Shown here: positions 32,337 to 43,801 of the stretch, piece after piece
Position numbering within the stretch: the stretch's first letter is position 1
How the letters are laid out: every line of letters starts with the position of its first letter
NCBI GenBank assembly: GCA_001600695.1
Contig: BCKQ01000005.1
Location: 136,593 to 200,592, forward strand
Direction of reading: 5' to 3'
Origin: Ascoidea asiatica JCM 7603
Taxonomy: Eukaryota; Fungi; Ascomycota
Length of the DNA stretch: 64,000 nt
Position numbers and translations under genes: made by a program
Notes under the pieces: generated by a model
What the model was told of the DNA's origin: nothing
The model's database searches: none
The model's input: the letters and a program-made list of their open reading frames with translations, nothing else

Positions 32337-32927
32337 TTTATCAGAATTAAAATTTATTATTAACCTTTATTAACGAATAAAACGAATTAGAGAATCAGAA
32401 TAGTTGATTAAAATAAAATGTTTAAGAAGCAAAAGAAAACATAACAGTTTTCAAAAAAAATAATTCAACTAAAAAGTTTCGTTGAAATTTTTTGAAATGC
32501 GATTATGTCTGTAGGAGGATTTCTTTCTATAGGAAAAAAGAACTCATCTTAATGTTTGAATGTTATTAGAAGATAGACCTGATAACCTCGGGAAAGTTTG
32601 TGTTTGTGATTCAATACCACTGTAGGTGCACTTTTTTTCCCACCATGTCCCATGGCCACATTTTTTATGGATGGTGGAGAGAAGAGAGCTAATCCAGTAA
32701 CAGCCTGTCTTCTAATAATCTCATTATTAGTTTTGTACCGTACGACATTAATTATGTTACCGTACTGTAGTTTTGGTCCTGAGTTTGATCGGTCTTACAG
32801 TAGGGTAGCAGTCTTATGTTATCAAAAGAGTACATACAGTATATGTTAATGCAAATCGAATCTTCCCACTGATACAAACTTCTTCTTATTCTATAACAAC
32901 GGTGCAACTTTCACAAAACAATAGGAA

Positions 32928-33345
32928 ATGTCTTCAGAAACACCAAAGCATAATTCAAAACTTCCAATATGGTCTTTAACTCCTAGGGAAGAAAAAGAGT
33001 GTGATAAAAGATGGAAGGAAAGAAGTCAAGCAAAATGTAAGCCTGAAGTTAAGGGTATGTAGTGTTTTTTTGTTTCCAAAACAAAATTGATTCTCTTCTT
33101 GTTTTTTAGATGGCTTTTTGATACTAATCTATTTTTTTCAATAATTTTATTTTCGTTGCATCACTTTAGAATTGATGAAATGTCTAGATGAAAAGGGAAT
33201 GTTTGGTGCTATTTCTTGCCGTTATTACCAAAATAAAATCAAAGAATGTATTTATGCCTATAGAACATGGGAGTTTTACGATTCAGTTCGAGATGAAATA
33301 ATCAAAGAAAAAATTGAGAAATTGAAGAATGAGAAAAACAAATAA
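32928..33345 (+). CDS. CMC1: COX assembly twin-CX9C protein Cmc1 (100 aa); exons 32928-33054 and 33170-33345
   Basis: Not in the ORF track. KLPIWSLTPREEK, two CX9C motifs, RDEIIKEKIEKL; intron GTATGT...TACTAAT...TAG. Confidence 0.9.
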
Positions 33346-33708
33346 AAGTTTTAAGTAGGACAGACCTCCTTGAAAAGTGTATTACGTCAAAAAAGTTTGT
33401 TTTTCAGCTTGTAAATAGGTAACTTTATAATACACAATTTTTGAAATTGAAAATTTACAAAATCTTAAATAGCTTATTTTTATATTAATTTTATTATAGT
33501 GTTTTTGCTATTTTGTTTGTGCAAATTCAATAATTTCAATCATCATTCCATCAAATTTACAGTTGTGTGTCAAACAAACTATCCTTATTTGAGTGCCAAT
33601 GCTTTTCATATGCTTATCCTAATGTTACAGTAATTAATCTTAAGACAGAAAATGCGCGCTAAAGTCGGAGTTTTTCATGCTCGCAAATAAAATATCTTCA
33701 TTTTGAAA

Positions 33709-33791
33709 ACGCGTGAGAAACAGTGATAATTGAAAACGTAGTGATGAATTTGTTTTTGTTGACACCAACAAAATGTTTCCAAAACACGAAA
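33709..33791. promoter_or_regulatory. MCB (ACGCGT, 33709-33714) and SCB (CACGAAA, 33785-33791) G1/S elements upstream of SMC5
   Basis: Exact motifs within 250 bp of the ATG of a chromosome-maintenance gene. Confidence 0.6.
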
Positions 33792-33949
33792 AATATTTTT
33801 AATAATTTATATTGAAAAATATAAAATATGAAATAATAACGGGTTCGTGTGTAATCCAGGATCAAAATAATAAAACAAATAGCTCTTAGAAGTTTTATTA
33901 TTATTTAACTATAATTCAGTCTTTTTTTTTTGTACTGGTCTTAATTTAG

Positions 33950-36900
33950 ATGAATAAAAGGGAAAGGGAAACTGTTGTTGATATTGGATCGTTTATTCTC
34001 CCAAATGATAGCCAGGATCCAACTATCTCATTTAAAAAACATAAAACTTCAACTTCTCAATCAAACGTTAATTCAAAATTTATAAAGAGCTTTAGACCTG
34101 GTAATATTATTAAAATTAAACTCAAAAATTTTATAACTTATTCCAAAACTGAATTTATTTTATCACCATCATTGAATTTAATTATTGGTCCTAACGGAAC
34201 TGGAAAATCAACTTTTGTTTGTGCAATATGTCTTGGTCTTGGTGGTAGGCCCGATCTTTTAGGAAGACAAAAGAAAATATCTGAGTTTATCAAGATCGGA
34301 AATAAATCTTCTACTATTGAAATCATTCTCAAAAATTTTGATGAAGGACTTCTTTCAATAAAAAGAATAATTCATTCCAATGAAAAATCCGAATGGTATT
34401 TTAATAATACTAAATCTGATTTTCAAAAGATAAAGAATGCTTTGATCTCTCTTGATATTCAATTGGATAATTTATGTTGTTTTTTACCTCAAGATAAGGT
34501 TGTTGAATTTGCAAAATTAAAACCAGAAGAGTTATTACTTCAAACTGAAAGGGTTATCGATCATGGTAAATTGGAGGTAATTCACAAAAATTTGATAGAC
34601 TTAGATCAGCAAAAGAGTCAATTGTTTGAAACGTTGAGTCACAATGAAGAAATATTAAATAAACTTAATATCGAAAAACAAACGTATCAGGAAGAGGCTG
34701 AAAAGTTCCAGAACTATAAAATCAAAAAGATTGAATTGACTAATCATAGAAAGCTTTTGGTATATGCTAGAATTCAAGATCTTATCAGAAAGGCTTCAAG
34801 TTTAAAAGAAAGAAGAAACTCAATTCAAAAAGAATACGAAGATTTTTGCACCAATCAAGAACCGTTCAATAATGCAAGTCAACAATATGAAGAAAATTTG
34901 AATATTTCAAATAATAAAATTCATGATTTAAACGTAGAAATAGAAAATTATCTTAAAGAGGCAAAAATTAAGAAAAATGATGTTCAGAAAATATCCAATA
35001 AAATAGTTCATATAATAGAGAAGATTGATAGATTGAAGTCCAATGGTGAAAGGAAAAAACAAGAACTAGGAAAACTTATTTCTTCTTTAAATTCAAATTT
35101 AAAAGAAATGGAGAATATTGTAACTCAGGATGAAGAAGAGATCAAAGCTATGAAAGAACAAAAGGATAATTTCTATCAGAATTCCTCTGATTTGAAAAAT
35201 GAATTGCTTGATTTAGATGAGAAAAATAAAATGGACATTAAAAAAACCGAACGCTTGAAATACAATATTTCTGTTTTAAATAAACGATTAACTTCAAAAG
35301 ATAGAATTGGAATTTTGGATTCTAACAATTCTCAATCCTTTAAACACTGCAAGAATGCAGTTCTTTACTACAGATCAAAAATTGATGAATTTCATGGTTT
35401 CGTTTTCGAACCCCCAATTTTATCAGTAAAGGTTAGTGATAAACGGTATTGCACTTACTTACAAGAAATTATAGATAACTATACACAAGTTGCTATGACT
35501 GTTGTTGATAAAGATGCTTACAATAAAATTTCTCCTTTGTTTTTTCAAGAAAAAATAAATGTTCCCTTCAGGTATCTTGGTAACCAGGTAATTGGTCCGG
35601 CATATAGTAAGGAACAATTAAAAAAATATGGCTTTGACGGTTATATGGTGGATTTTGTAGATGGACCTAAAGAAGTAATTCAAATGTTATGCGAACAATC
35701 TTTCATACATGATATTCCGGTTAGTCTAAGGGCGTTATCCAACGAGCAAGTAGAATTACTAAGGCAAAAAAATTCAATAGGTAAAATACGTTTTCGAAAA
35801 TTTATCGCAGGAGATTTAATGTATTCATTTAAAGTTTCTAAGTACGGATCTAATCAAGTTATGTATACTACTACTAGAATTTACAATGGTAAGGCTAACT
35901 ATTTTGATGACAGTGGAATAACTGAAGAGCAACGAGGACAGATTAACGAATCTATCAGAGTAGAAAATCACAGACTTCAAGAATTGCAAGCGCTGATCAA
36001 TAACTCATCTGAGATTTTACGCTCTAAAGGGGATGATTATGAGCAAGCGAAAAAGCAATACAATGATTTGAAAGCAAAGATTGCTGAATTTATTAGAGGT
36101 ATTAAAAGAAAAGAATATCTTAATGAAACTGTTATTAGGCAGAGAGAAAAAATAAAAGTTTTGGAAATAGAAGCTAATAAGGATGTTTCTGTTTCGATTG
36201 AAAAATTTGAGAGCTACCTTTCCCACTTCCGAAAAAAAAGATTAGACACTTTAAACCTGTATTCTGCAATATTGTTCAAAATCAAAGATATCAACTTTTC
36301 AAAAATAAAAATTCAACTAGAAATTGCAGAGGAATCAAACAAAAAGATTTCGGTAGAAAAGTTGGTTGAAAGTTTTCATGAGACCACCCAAGTATTAATA
36401 GACAAACTAACCACTGCAAAAAAAGAATATATCAACTCAAAGAATCTAATCAAAGAAGAGAAAAGGGATGCTGAAAATTATTCAAAAGAAGAAAAAGAAG
36501 TTTTAAGCGATCTTGCAGCCAAATATCAAGATAGCGGTCAATTAAGTGAGGATGGAATTGAAGAGATCATAAAAAGAATTGAGGGCCAAATTTCTATGTT
36601 AGGCGATGCATCTTCTTCTTCTATTGAGAAGCTAGAAAAAATTGAGAGTGATATCAAATATTTAGCTGTTGAAGTTCCAAAAATGCAGGAAAAGTTTACA
36701 GATCTCGAGAACAGAATTAAGGGGTTGCGTGAAGGCTGGGAGAGTAAATTAGATTCCTTTATTAACCAGATATCAAGAAAATTTGCAAAAAATTTTAGAA
36801 GTGTTGGAAGTGCAGGGGAAATTAGAGTAAACAAACAAACACATTTTAAAGATTGGAGATTAGAAGTTTTGGTGAAATTCAGAGATATTTCTGAGCTCAA

Positions 36901-37258
36901 GGTATTAGATGCTCACGTTCAATCAGGAGGAGAAAGAGCCGTTTCAACAGTATTTTTCATGATTAGTTTGCAAGGATTTTCAACTTCTCCATTTAGAGTC
37001 GTTGATGAAATTAATCAGGGTATGGATCCTAAAAATGAAAGAATTGTTCACAAACATATGGTTCAGACGGCTAGCAATGCGTTTGATGAAGATAGTGAAG
37101 AAGAAAATGGTGAATATGGCTCCCATAATGTCAAAATTCCAATTAGTACTGAAAACAATAATGTTTCTCAATATTTCTTAATTACCCCTAAATTATTAAC
37201 GAATCTTTATTATCATAAAGATATGACAATTCATTGTATAATGGCAAATCATTTATAA
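33950..37258 (+). CDS. SMC5: Structural maintenance of chromosomes protein 5
   Basis: IIGPNGTGKSTFVCAICLGLGG, long coiled coils, QSGGERAVST, FRVVDEINQGMD, QYFLITPKLL. Confidence 0.96.
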   Translation: MNKRERETVVDIGSFILPNDSQDPTISFKKHKTSTSQSNVNSKFIKSFRPGNIIKIKLKNFITYSKTEFILSPSLNLIIGPNGTGKSTFVCAICLGLGGRPDLLGRQKKISEFIKIGNKSSTIEIILKNFDEGLLSIKRIIHSNEKSEWYFNNTKSDFQKIKNALISLDIQLDNLCCFLPQDKVVEFAKLKPEELLLQTERVIDHGKLEVIHKNLIDLDQQKSQLFETLSHNEEILNKLNIEKQTYQEEAEKFQNYKIKKIELTNHRKLLVYARIQDLIRKASSLKERRNSIQKEYEDFCTNQEPFNNASQQYEENLNISNNKIHDLNVEIENYLKEAKIKKNDVQKISNKIVHIIEKIDRLKSNGERKKQELGKLISSLNSNLKEMENIVTQDEEEIKAMKEQKDNFYQNSSDLKNELLDLDEKNKMDIKKTERLKYNISVLNKRLTSKDRIGILDSNNSQSFKHCKNAVLYYRSKIDEFHGFVFEPPILSVKVSDKRYCTYLQEIIDNYTQVAMTVVDKDAYNKISPLFFQEKINVPFRYLGNQVIGPAYSKEQLKKYGFDGYMVDFVDGPKEVIQMLCEQSFIHDIPVSLRALSNEQVELLRQKNSIGKIRFRKFIAGDLMYSFKVSKYGSNQVMYTTTRIYNGKANYFDDSGITEEQRGQINESIRVENHRLQELQALINNSSEILRSKGDDYEQAKKQYNDLKAKIAEFIRGIKRKEYLNETVIRQREKIKVLEIEANKDVSVSIEKFESYLSHFRKKRLDTLNLYSAILFKIKDINFSKIKIQLEIAEESNKKISVEKLVESFHETTQVLIDKLTTAKKEYINSKNLIKEEKRDAENYSKEEKEVLSDLAAKYQDSGQLSEDGIEEIIKRIEGQISMLGDASSSSIEKLEKIESDIKYLAVEVPKMQEKFTDLENRIKGLREGWESKLDSFINQISRKFAKNFRSVGSAGEIRVNKQTHFKDWRLEVLVKFRDISELKVLDAHVQSGGERAVSTVFFMISLQGFSTSPFRVVDEINQGMDPKNERIVHKHMVQTASNAFDEDSEEENGEYGSHNVKIPISTENNNVSQYFLITPKLLTNLYYHKDMTIHCIMANHL

Positions 37259-37628
37259 CTGTACCTTATTTAAATTTTTTTTTATCATTTATCATTCAAT
37301 ATTTCTATTATATTAAGTTATCTACCATATTTGAAAGTTTAGGCAAAATATTGAGCGCTAGGGTTTTAAACCTTCCACTATTTAGAGCCCTATTCAAGGG
37401 CTTCGAAATGCTTCATTCTGTAAAATAAATCTTTCGGTGCACTCGCTTGTGCAAAGTTTTACATTTTTATTTTAGTGAGTTTACTGAACTATAAAAATAT
37501 CAAATCAAAAACCTGTAAAGTTACAATATTTCTTTTTTTTTTGTTTGTAAATAACTAAGGTTTTTTGAAATAATTTATAGCTTTATACAACTGTCTGATT
37601 TCTTGAATAAATCTTCATAGTTTTCAGA

Positions 37629-38747
37629 ATGGCAACAAATGTAATTCATTGCAGTGGTTCTGATTGTGGAAAAGAGACTACTTCGCTTTTGAAATGTCCT
37701 ATTTGTTTAAAACAAAATCTTACTACCACATTTTGTAGTCAGGATTGCTTTAAAAGAAACTGGTCAAAACATAAGACAATTCATATTAAGCCAGGGGTTG
37801 ATTATTATAATCCATTTCCTTCTCATTCCTTTACAGGGGATTTAAGACCTCAATATCCATTATCACCAAGAAGAGAAGTGCCTGAGAATATAAAAAAACC
37901 TGATTATGCACAAACTGGCATTCCAATCTCTGAGCAAAAAGAAGACAGAAGCTCTAAAATGCATATTTTATCTGAAAGTGAAATAAAAAGATTCAGAGTT
38001 GTCAATAAATTAGCTAGAGAAGTTTTAGATATAGCTGCTGCTGCGATTGTTCCTGGTATCACTACTGATCAAATAGATGAGATTGTTCATAGAGAAACTT
38101 TGAAAAGAAAAGCATACCCTTCACCATTGAATTACTATAACTTCCCGAAATCTGTCTGTACATCAGTGAATGAAGTCATTTGTCACGGTATTCCTGATAA
38201 AAGACCACTTAAAGATGGTGATATTGTTAATTTAGATGTTACAATTTTTAAAGATGGATTTAATTCTGATTTGAATGAAACTTATTACGTTGGTGATAAA
38301 GCTAAATCGAATAAACAAATTATAAATTTGATCGAAACTACAAGAGAGTGTCTTGATTTAGCTATAAAAGAAATAAAGCCTGGATATCCTATCAGAAATA
38401 TAGGAAATGTTATTGAACCTTATGTTAAAAAGCATGGTTTACAAGTTGTAAGAACTTATTGTGGTCATGGTGTTGGAACTCTTTTTCACTGTAAGCCTGA
38501 TATTCTTCATTATGCAAAAAATAAAAGCTCGGGAATTTGCAAACCAGGTATGACATTCACCATAGAACCTATGGTTAATCAAGGGTCTTATGTTGATGAA
38601 AGATGGCCGGATGACTGGACTGCAGTAACAGAAGATGGGATGCTAAGTGCTCAGTTTGAACATACTTTGTTAGTAACTGAAACTGGAGTTGAAGTATTAA
38701 CAGCAAGATTTAAGCATTCTCCTGGTGGTCCAATTCAAAGGGTATGA
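37629..38747 (+). CDS. MAP1: Methionine aminopeptidase 1 with N-terminal zinc finger
   Basis: C-rich N-terminus, FPKSVCTSVNEVICHGIPD, GHGVG, FTIEPM, SAQFEHTLLVT. Confidence 0.96.
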   Translation: MATNVIHCSGSDCGKETTSLLKCPICLKQNLTTTFCSQDCFKRNWSKHKTIHIKPGVDYYNPFPSHSFTGDLRPQYPLSPRREVPENIKKPDYAQTGIPISEQKEDRSSKMHILSESEIKRFRVVNKLAREVLDIAAAAIVPGITTDQIDEIVHRETLKRKAYPSPLNYYNFPKSVCTSVNEVICHGIPDKRPLKDGDIVNLDVTIFKDGFNSDLNETYYVGDKAKSNKQIINLIETTRECLDLAIKEIKPGYPIRNIGNVIEPYVKKHGLQVVRTYCGHGVGTLFHCKPDILHYAKNKSSGICKPGMTFTIEPMVNQGSYVDERWPDDWTAVTEDGMLSAQFEHTLLVTETGVEVLTARFKHSPGGPIQRV

Positions 38748-39616
38748 GAGAGCTCTTAAATATAAATGGCTTATTTTATTTATTTAATAAATTTCAATAA
38801 AATGATTTAAGGAAAGTTTTTTCGTAGACTTCGATTTGCATTTTTTTTAAGAAAAATTTGCAAACTAAATGAATAAATATTTCAAAGTAATATTTGAAAA
38901 ATATAACTGACATTTAACCATAGATTAGCAGAGAAATATTCAAATTTTCATAAAAAGTAAAAAATACAATGGATAAAATGATATCCACCGTCGGTTTCTA
39001 ACTAGCTAACTTTTTTTGATAAAGGTATCAAAAATCTTAAAAAAATAGTAGTTCAAATTATTTTCGAACAAAAATAATTAGATTCACCTGTCTTAATTCA
39101 CCATAGAAAATTGAAAAAAAAAATTCAAATTCATCATGAAATCTTTGAACTATAATATTATATAATACTATTAATTAGTAACTTCAATATACACATACAA
39201 ATATACACTATCTAAAATATAAGTTAATATATAAAATTAAACTTTGTATCTAAATAGTAAATAGTTCCATAATAATAATGATAATATTAAATATATTTTT
39301 ACACAGACTAAACATATTATTTATCTCTTTAAATAAAAATATAGTAATAAAAATATAGTAATACTAATACCATTAAGTGGTAAACTAGCTAATATTAAAA
39401 CTAATATATTATTTTTTATTTACTTTTTTTGAGTTTAATATAAATCAATTAACAACAAATATTTGTTTTTTACTGGGCTAAAAATCATTAATGACAATGT
39501 AAAGTATATTATAATTATTTTGTTTAGATATTAGAAAAAAACAAATATAAGATCATAATAAAATCTAAAAAAAATTAGGAAGATGAAGCAAAGAAATGAA
39601 AATGAGAAACAAAAAT

Positions 39617-39823
39617 TCAACTGTGAACAGTATCCCTGAACACATCATAGAAATGAGGAGTTGGATCAAATAACTCACATTTTATACACTTTGTATGAGC
39701 ACAGGTTGGACAAATAGCATACACAGGATCTAATAAATTTTTGCAATGACAACATTCCCATTTCAACCTCACATGTATACTCGCATTGTAACTGATTAAA
39801 GAAGCTTGAATAAAATCTGACAT
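39617..39823 (-). CDS. 68-aa Cys-rich putative zinc-binding microprotein
   Basis: WECCHC..CPTC.H..CIKC pattern; ATG start; GC higher than the flanking DNA. Confidence 0.6.
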   Translation of the reverse strand: MSDFIQASLISYNASIHVRLKWECCHCKNLLDPVYAICPTCAHTKCIKCELFDPTPHFYDVFRDTVHS

Positions 39824-40541
39824 TGTTAGATTGGTATTGATATATTCTTTTCTTTTTATTTGGATTATACCTCTTTTTTTTAAAGGCTATATTGGGATTT
39901 AGATTTGATTGGTGTAATGATTAGTGATTAAAAGCTTATGTTGAGGGTTTGAATTAAACAACTAAAAGATTACCAGAGTTAAACAAAAAAAAGAGCTGAT
40001 ACTATAGAAACTTTGGTAAGAAAACAAACCTTGAATATTTTAAGATCTAGAAATTCTTAAAGCCATGAAAATCCTCCAATTTCGTTAGCTAGAACTCTTA
40101 TACATCAAAGAGTGCTATTTAATCTATCTTTGTATTATTAAACTTTATTCAAGTAATAACCCATTTTTGATAATCATCTTAATCTGTTGAAGCAAAATCA
40201 TTTTTAGCTAAAGGCTTTTGTTGTTTGAGGGTTGACTTCACCAACTATATTTTGGATCGTTTTTATTCTCAGCGCTACGGGAGTTCGCATGAAATTTGAA
40301 CTCTCAAATCATCATCATAAATATTTCATAGTTGGTCTAGGGAAGAACTTCAAAGAACAGGTTTATTATTAAAGTCATCATAATCCCTGTATATATCAGG
40401 ATGTACTCAATATTAAAAGGAAATCATTTTCCCGACAGTTAACACTATTTTTAAGCTTATGTAATCAAATAGCAATTTGGATGTGGCAAGTGTATTTAGA
40501 AAATCTGTGTAGTTGAATTCTCCAGCCATCTTGGATCTTTC

Positions 40542-40551
40542 TGAAATTTTT
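40542..40551. promoter_or_regulatory. RRPE-like element upstream of RPF2
   Basis: TGAAATTTTT about 190 bp upstream of a ribosome-biogenesis gene. Confidence 0.4.
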
Positions 40552-40729
40552 ATTTATTTGAATTTCAAAATAAATTTTTTTTTTTTCCATAAGTAGAAAA
40601 GTAAATTTTCTTAAATCTTCATTAACTAGGAAAAATTAAAATTTTCTATACTTATTCTTTTTGATCACCCAATATTGATTTTAACTTGCTTTTTTTTACA
40701 TTTTATTCTTTAAAATTAACAGTTGCATT

Positions 40730-41689
40730 ATGATAAGAACTGCTAAGGCTCAACCAAAAAATGCTCGTTCAAAGAGAGCTTTGAAAAATAAAGATCCAAA
40801 ATTAATTGAAAATGTTAAACAAGCTTTATTTGTTCCTGGTCAAACCTCAAATAAAATTCTTCATGATGCTATGGTAGATATAAGTGCCTTTAAAAAACCG
40901 TATATAAATAGATTTACAAAAAAAAATGATATCAAGCCGTTTGAGGATGCTTCAAAATTAGAATTTTTTGCTGAAAAAAATGATGCTTCATTAATTGTGT
41001 TTTCTAGTAATAACAAAAAAAGACCTAATAATTTAACTTTTGTAAGAACTTTTGGTTATAAAATATATGATATGATTGAATTAAGAATAAAGGATAATTT
41101 CAAGCTTTTGATGGATTTTAAAAGTAAAACTTTTCAAGTGGGGTTGAAACCTTTATTTGTTTTTAATGGCCCTATATTTGATGTTCACCCAGTTTATATT
41201 CATTTAAAGTCATTATTTTTAGATTTTTTTAGAGGAGAAACAACTGATTTGCAAGATGTTGCTGGTATTCAATTTGTCATTTCTTTATCTGCTCTTGATC
41301 AAGATGACTCTTCTTCAATTATGCCTGATATTTTTTTCAGAGTTTATAAACTCAAATCTTATAAATCAACGCAAAAATTGCCAAGAATAGAATTACAGGA
41401 AATTGGTCCAAGGTTTGATTTTGTTGTTGGAAGACATGAAGAACCATCATCGGAATTACAAAAAGAAGCAACGAAAAAACCTAAACAGTTAGAACCAAAA
41501 GTAAAGAAAAACGTGGAAACCGATATCATTGGTGATAAAATAGGTACTATTCATGTAGGAAAACAAGATTTAAATACTCTTCAATCGAGAAAAATGAAAG
41601 GGCTCAAGAAAAGATATGATCAAGTTGATAGTTCTTCTGAAGTCGACCAATTAGTTGATGAACCTTCTACAAAAAAATTGAAAATTTGA
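40730..41689 (+). CDS. RPF2: Brix-domain ribosome biogenesis protein Rpf2
   Basis: PKNARSKRAL, KKRPNNLTFVRTF, LKSLFLDFFRG, ELQEIGPRFDF, LQSRKMKGLK. Confidence 0.95.
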   Translation: MIRTAKAQPKNARSKRALKNKDPKLIENVKQALFVPGQTSNKILHDAMVDISAFKKPYINRFTKKNDIKPFEDASKLEFFAEKNDASLIVFSSNNKKRPNNLTFVRTFGYKIYDMIELRIKDNFKLLMDFKSKTFQVGLKPLFVFNGPIFDVHPVYIHLKSLFLDFFRGETTDLQDVAGIQFVISLSALDQDDSSSIMPDIFFRVYKLKSYKSTQKLPRIELQEIGPRFDFVVGRHEEPSSELQKEATKKPKQLEPKVKKNVETDIIGDKIGTIHVGKQDLNTLQSRKMKGLKKRYDQVDSSSEVDQLVDEPSTKKLKI

Positions 41690-41784
41690 GCATTTTTTAT
41701 AATATAATAAATTTCTAACTATGTTTTTTTCTAAAACAAAAAAAATTAAAATATTTCAACTTCTCATACTAGATGATATTTCAG

Positions 41785-43333
41785 TCAAACTAATTGACTA
41801 ATAAAATCTCTCACATTGTCTGACCTCATTAAAGCTTCCCCAACCAAAAAACCATGTACACCTTCCTTTTTGTACTTTGTAGTATTTTCTTTATTTGAAA
41901 TTCCTGAAAGTGCACACAAAATGCAATCTTTTGGAACTTGAGAAACTAAATCAGACGTTGTATTTAGATCGACTTTAAACGAATGAAGATCACGATTATT
42001 TACACCAATTACTTTGCAATTCAATTTTATCGCTTCATACATTTCTTCTTTGGAACTAACTTCAACTAATGGTTCCATTCCTAAAGATACTGAATAATTA
42101 TACAAATATTGTAATTCTAAGCTTTCCAACATTTTTATTATTAATAATACACTATCCGCTCCAGCCAATCTAGCCTCTAAAATCTGATACTTACTGAATA
42201 TGAACTCTTTTCTCAAAACTGCAGGTCTGTTTACTCTTCCTTCCAAAGGTAAGTCTAAAACTTTTCTCACATTACGTAAATCATCAATTGAACCTTTAAA
42301 CCAATGAGGTTCGGTAAGAACAGAAATAGCTGCTGCTCCTGAGTTAGCATATAGTAATGCCTGAGATGCTGCATTTACGTTCAAATTAATAGGCCCTTTA
42401 GAAGGGGAGGCTCTTTTAATTTCAGCTAATAAAGCACTTTTTGGAAGTTCCTCCTTCAAACGATCATAAAAATTAATAACACTAGGTGCAAGGTTTAGTT
42501 CATATAATTCTTTTAACTGTTCAAAACTTTGACCAGGTAGAGTTTGCTGTATTTGAACATCTTTTTTTCTCTGATCATATATATCATCAAGAACGCTACC
42601 TTTGAAAATTGTTTCACCCAACATAGTCTTAGATGAAATGGTATTTTCCGGATTTGATAAATTAGAAGAGTTTTCAGTCCATAAACCTCCTTTGATGCTA
42701 AGCATGTTCTTGATCATTAAGTGCCCTTCCTGAGTCAAAATTGATTCTGGGTGAAATTGAACACCTTCAACAGTAAACTTTTTGTGTCTTATACCCATAA
42801 TTATCCCATTTTCAGTTCTTGATGTAACCTCTAATTCGCCAGGCAATGAAGCATTAGTCCCTGCCAAAGAATGATATCTTGTAACTGCAATTCCTTGAGG
42901 TATATCTTTAAATATTCCTTTGGCATCATGTTTTATTTGGGTTGTCTTTCCATGAACAATTTCTCCTGCATATTCTACCGATCCACCAAATACCTCGAAA
43001 ATACATTGTTGACCCATACAAACACCGAAAACAGGGAGAGTACCTGCAAAGTGTTTAATCACCTCTCTTGAAATTCCAGAATCTGTTTTGGGGTGTCCAG
43101 GACCCGGTGAGATTACCACAATATCAGGTTTCAAAGCTTCAATATCAGATAAACTAATTTCATCGTTTCGGAATACTTGTACTTTTGCACCTTCTTGGCA
43201 AATATACTGGTATAAATTCCTGAAAAAAAGTGTTAGAATTTCCACAAATAATATCTTTTCTATAAATCAAAATTAGAATTAAAATTACATACCATGTGAA
43301 AGAATCGTAATTATCAATTAGCACAACAAACAT
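41785..43333 (-). CDS. TRP3: Anthranilate synthase component II/indole-3-glycerol-phosphate synthase; exons 43333-43293 and 43219-41785
   Basis: Spliced N-terminus [19 protein letters not shown]; intron GTATGT...TTCTAAC...CAG; [24 protein letters not shown]. Confidence 0.96.
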
Positions 43334-43801
43334 TGTTTGTAAAAATATATTCCGAGTTTTAAAACAAAATTCAGTAAAAAAAATGTTGCTATTGGAAATA
43401 GATTTTAGTTGGGAAAAAATTAAACTAGATTGTTTTAGAAAGAAACCTTTTGAAAAATTGATAAATGTCTACGATACCCGTAGCATTCTTTGTTTGGGGC
43501 TTTCAAATAAAATATTACTCATACAAGCTTTCAAAAAACCGCAACTATTTTAGGCACGGATTGAAATGGAAATACTACGAATAGCGGAAAGCAATATCAG
43601 TCTTAACAGATAAAATTATTTATATTCTAGTTTATCTTCCAAAAAAACTTTTCAAAAATTGATTATAATTAATATTACTTCTACATTGCAAATTGATTCG
43701 AGAAAAAAATTGAATACTACATTTAAGCTAATTATAACATTATTGACTGATTGGTTCTGTAAAGCTATTTATATTGACGACTTTCCTAACAAATTCCCTG
43801 T

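Noticed and set aside
32505-32540. TTTCTATAGGAA resembling U3 snoRNA box A
   Set aside because: Upstream GGATCA core does not match and no other U3 boxes were found.
32652-32849. 65-aa ORF in the RRT8/CMC1 divergent promoter
   Set aside because: No family features; region better explained as promoter rich in TACWGTA motifs.
40265-40310. GAGTTC...GAACTC hairpin with a T-loop-like GTTCG
   Set aside because: Does not fold into a tRNA cloverleaf.
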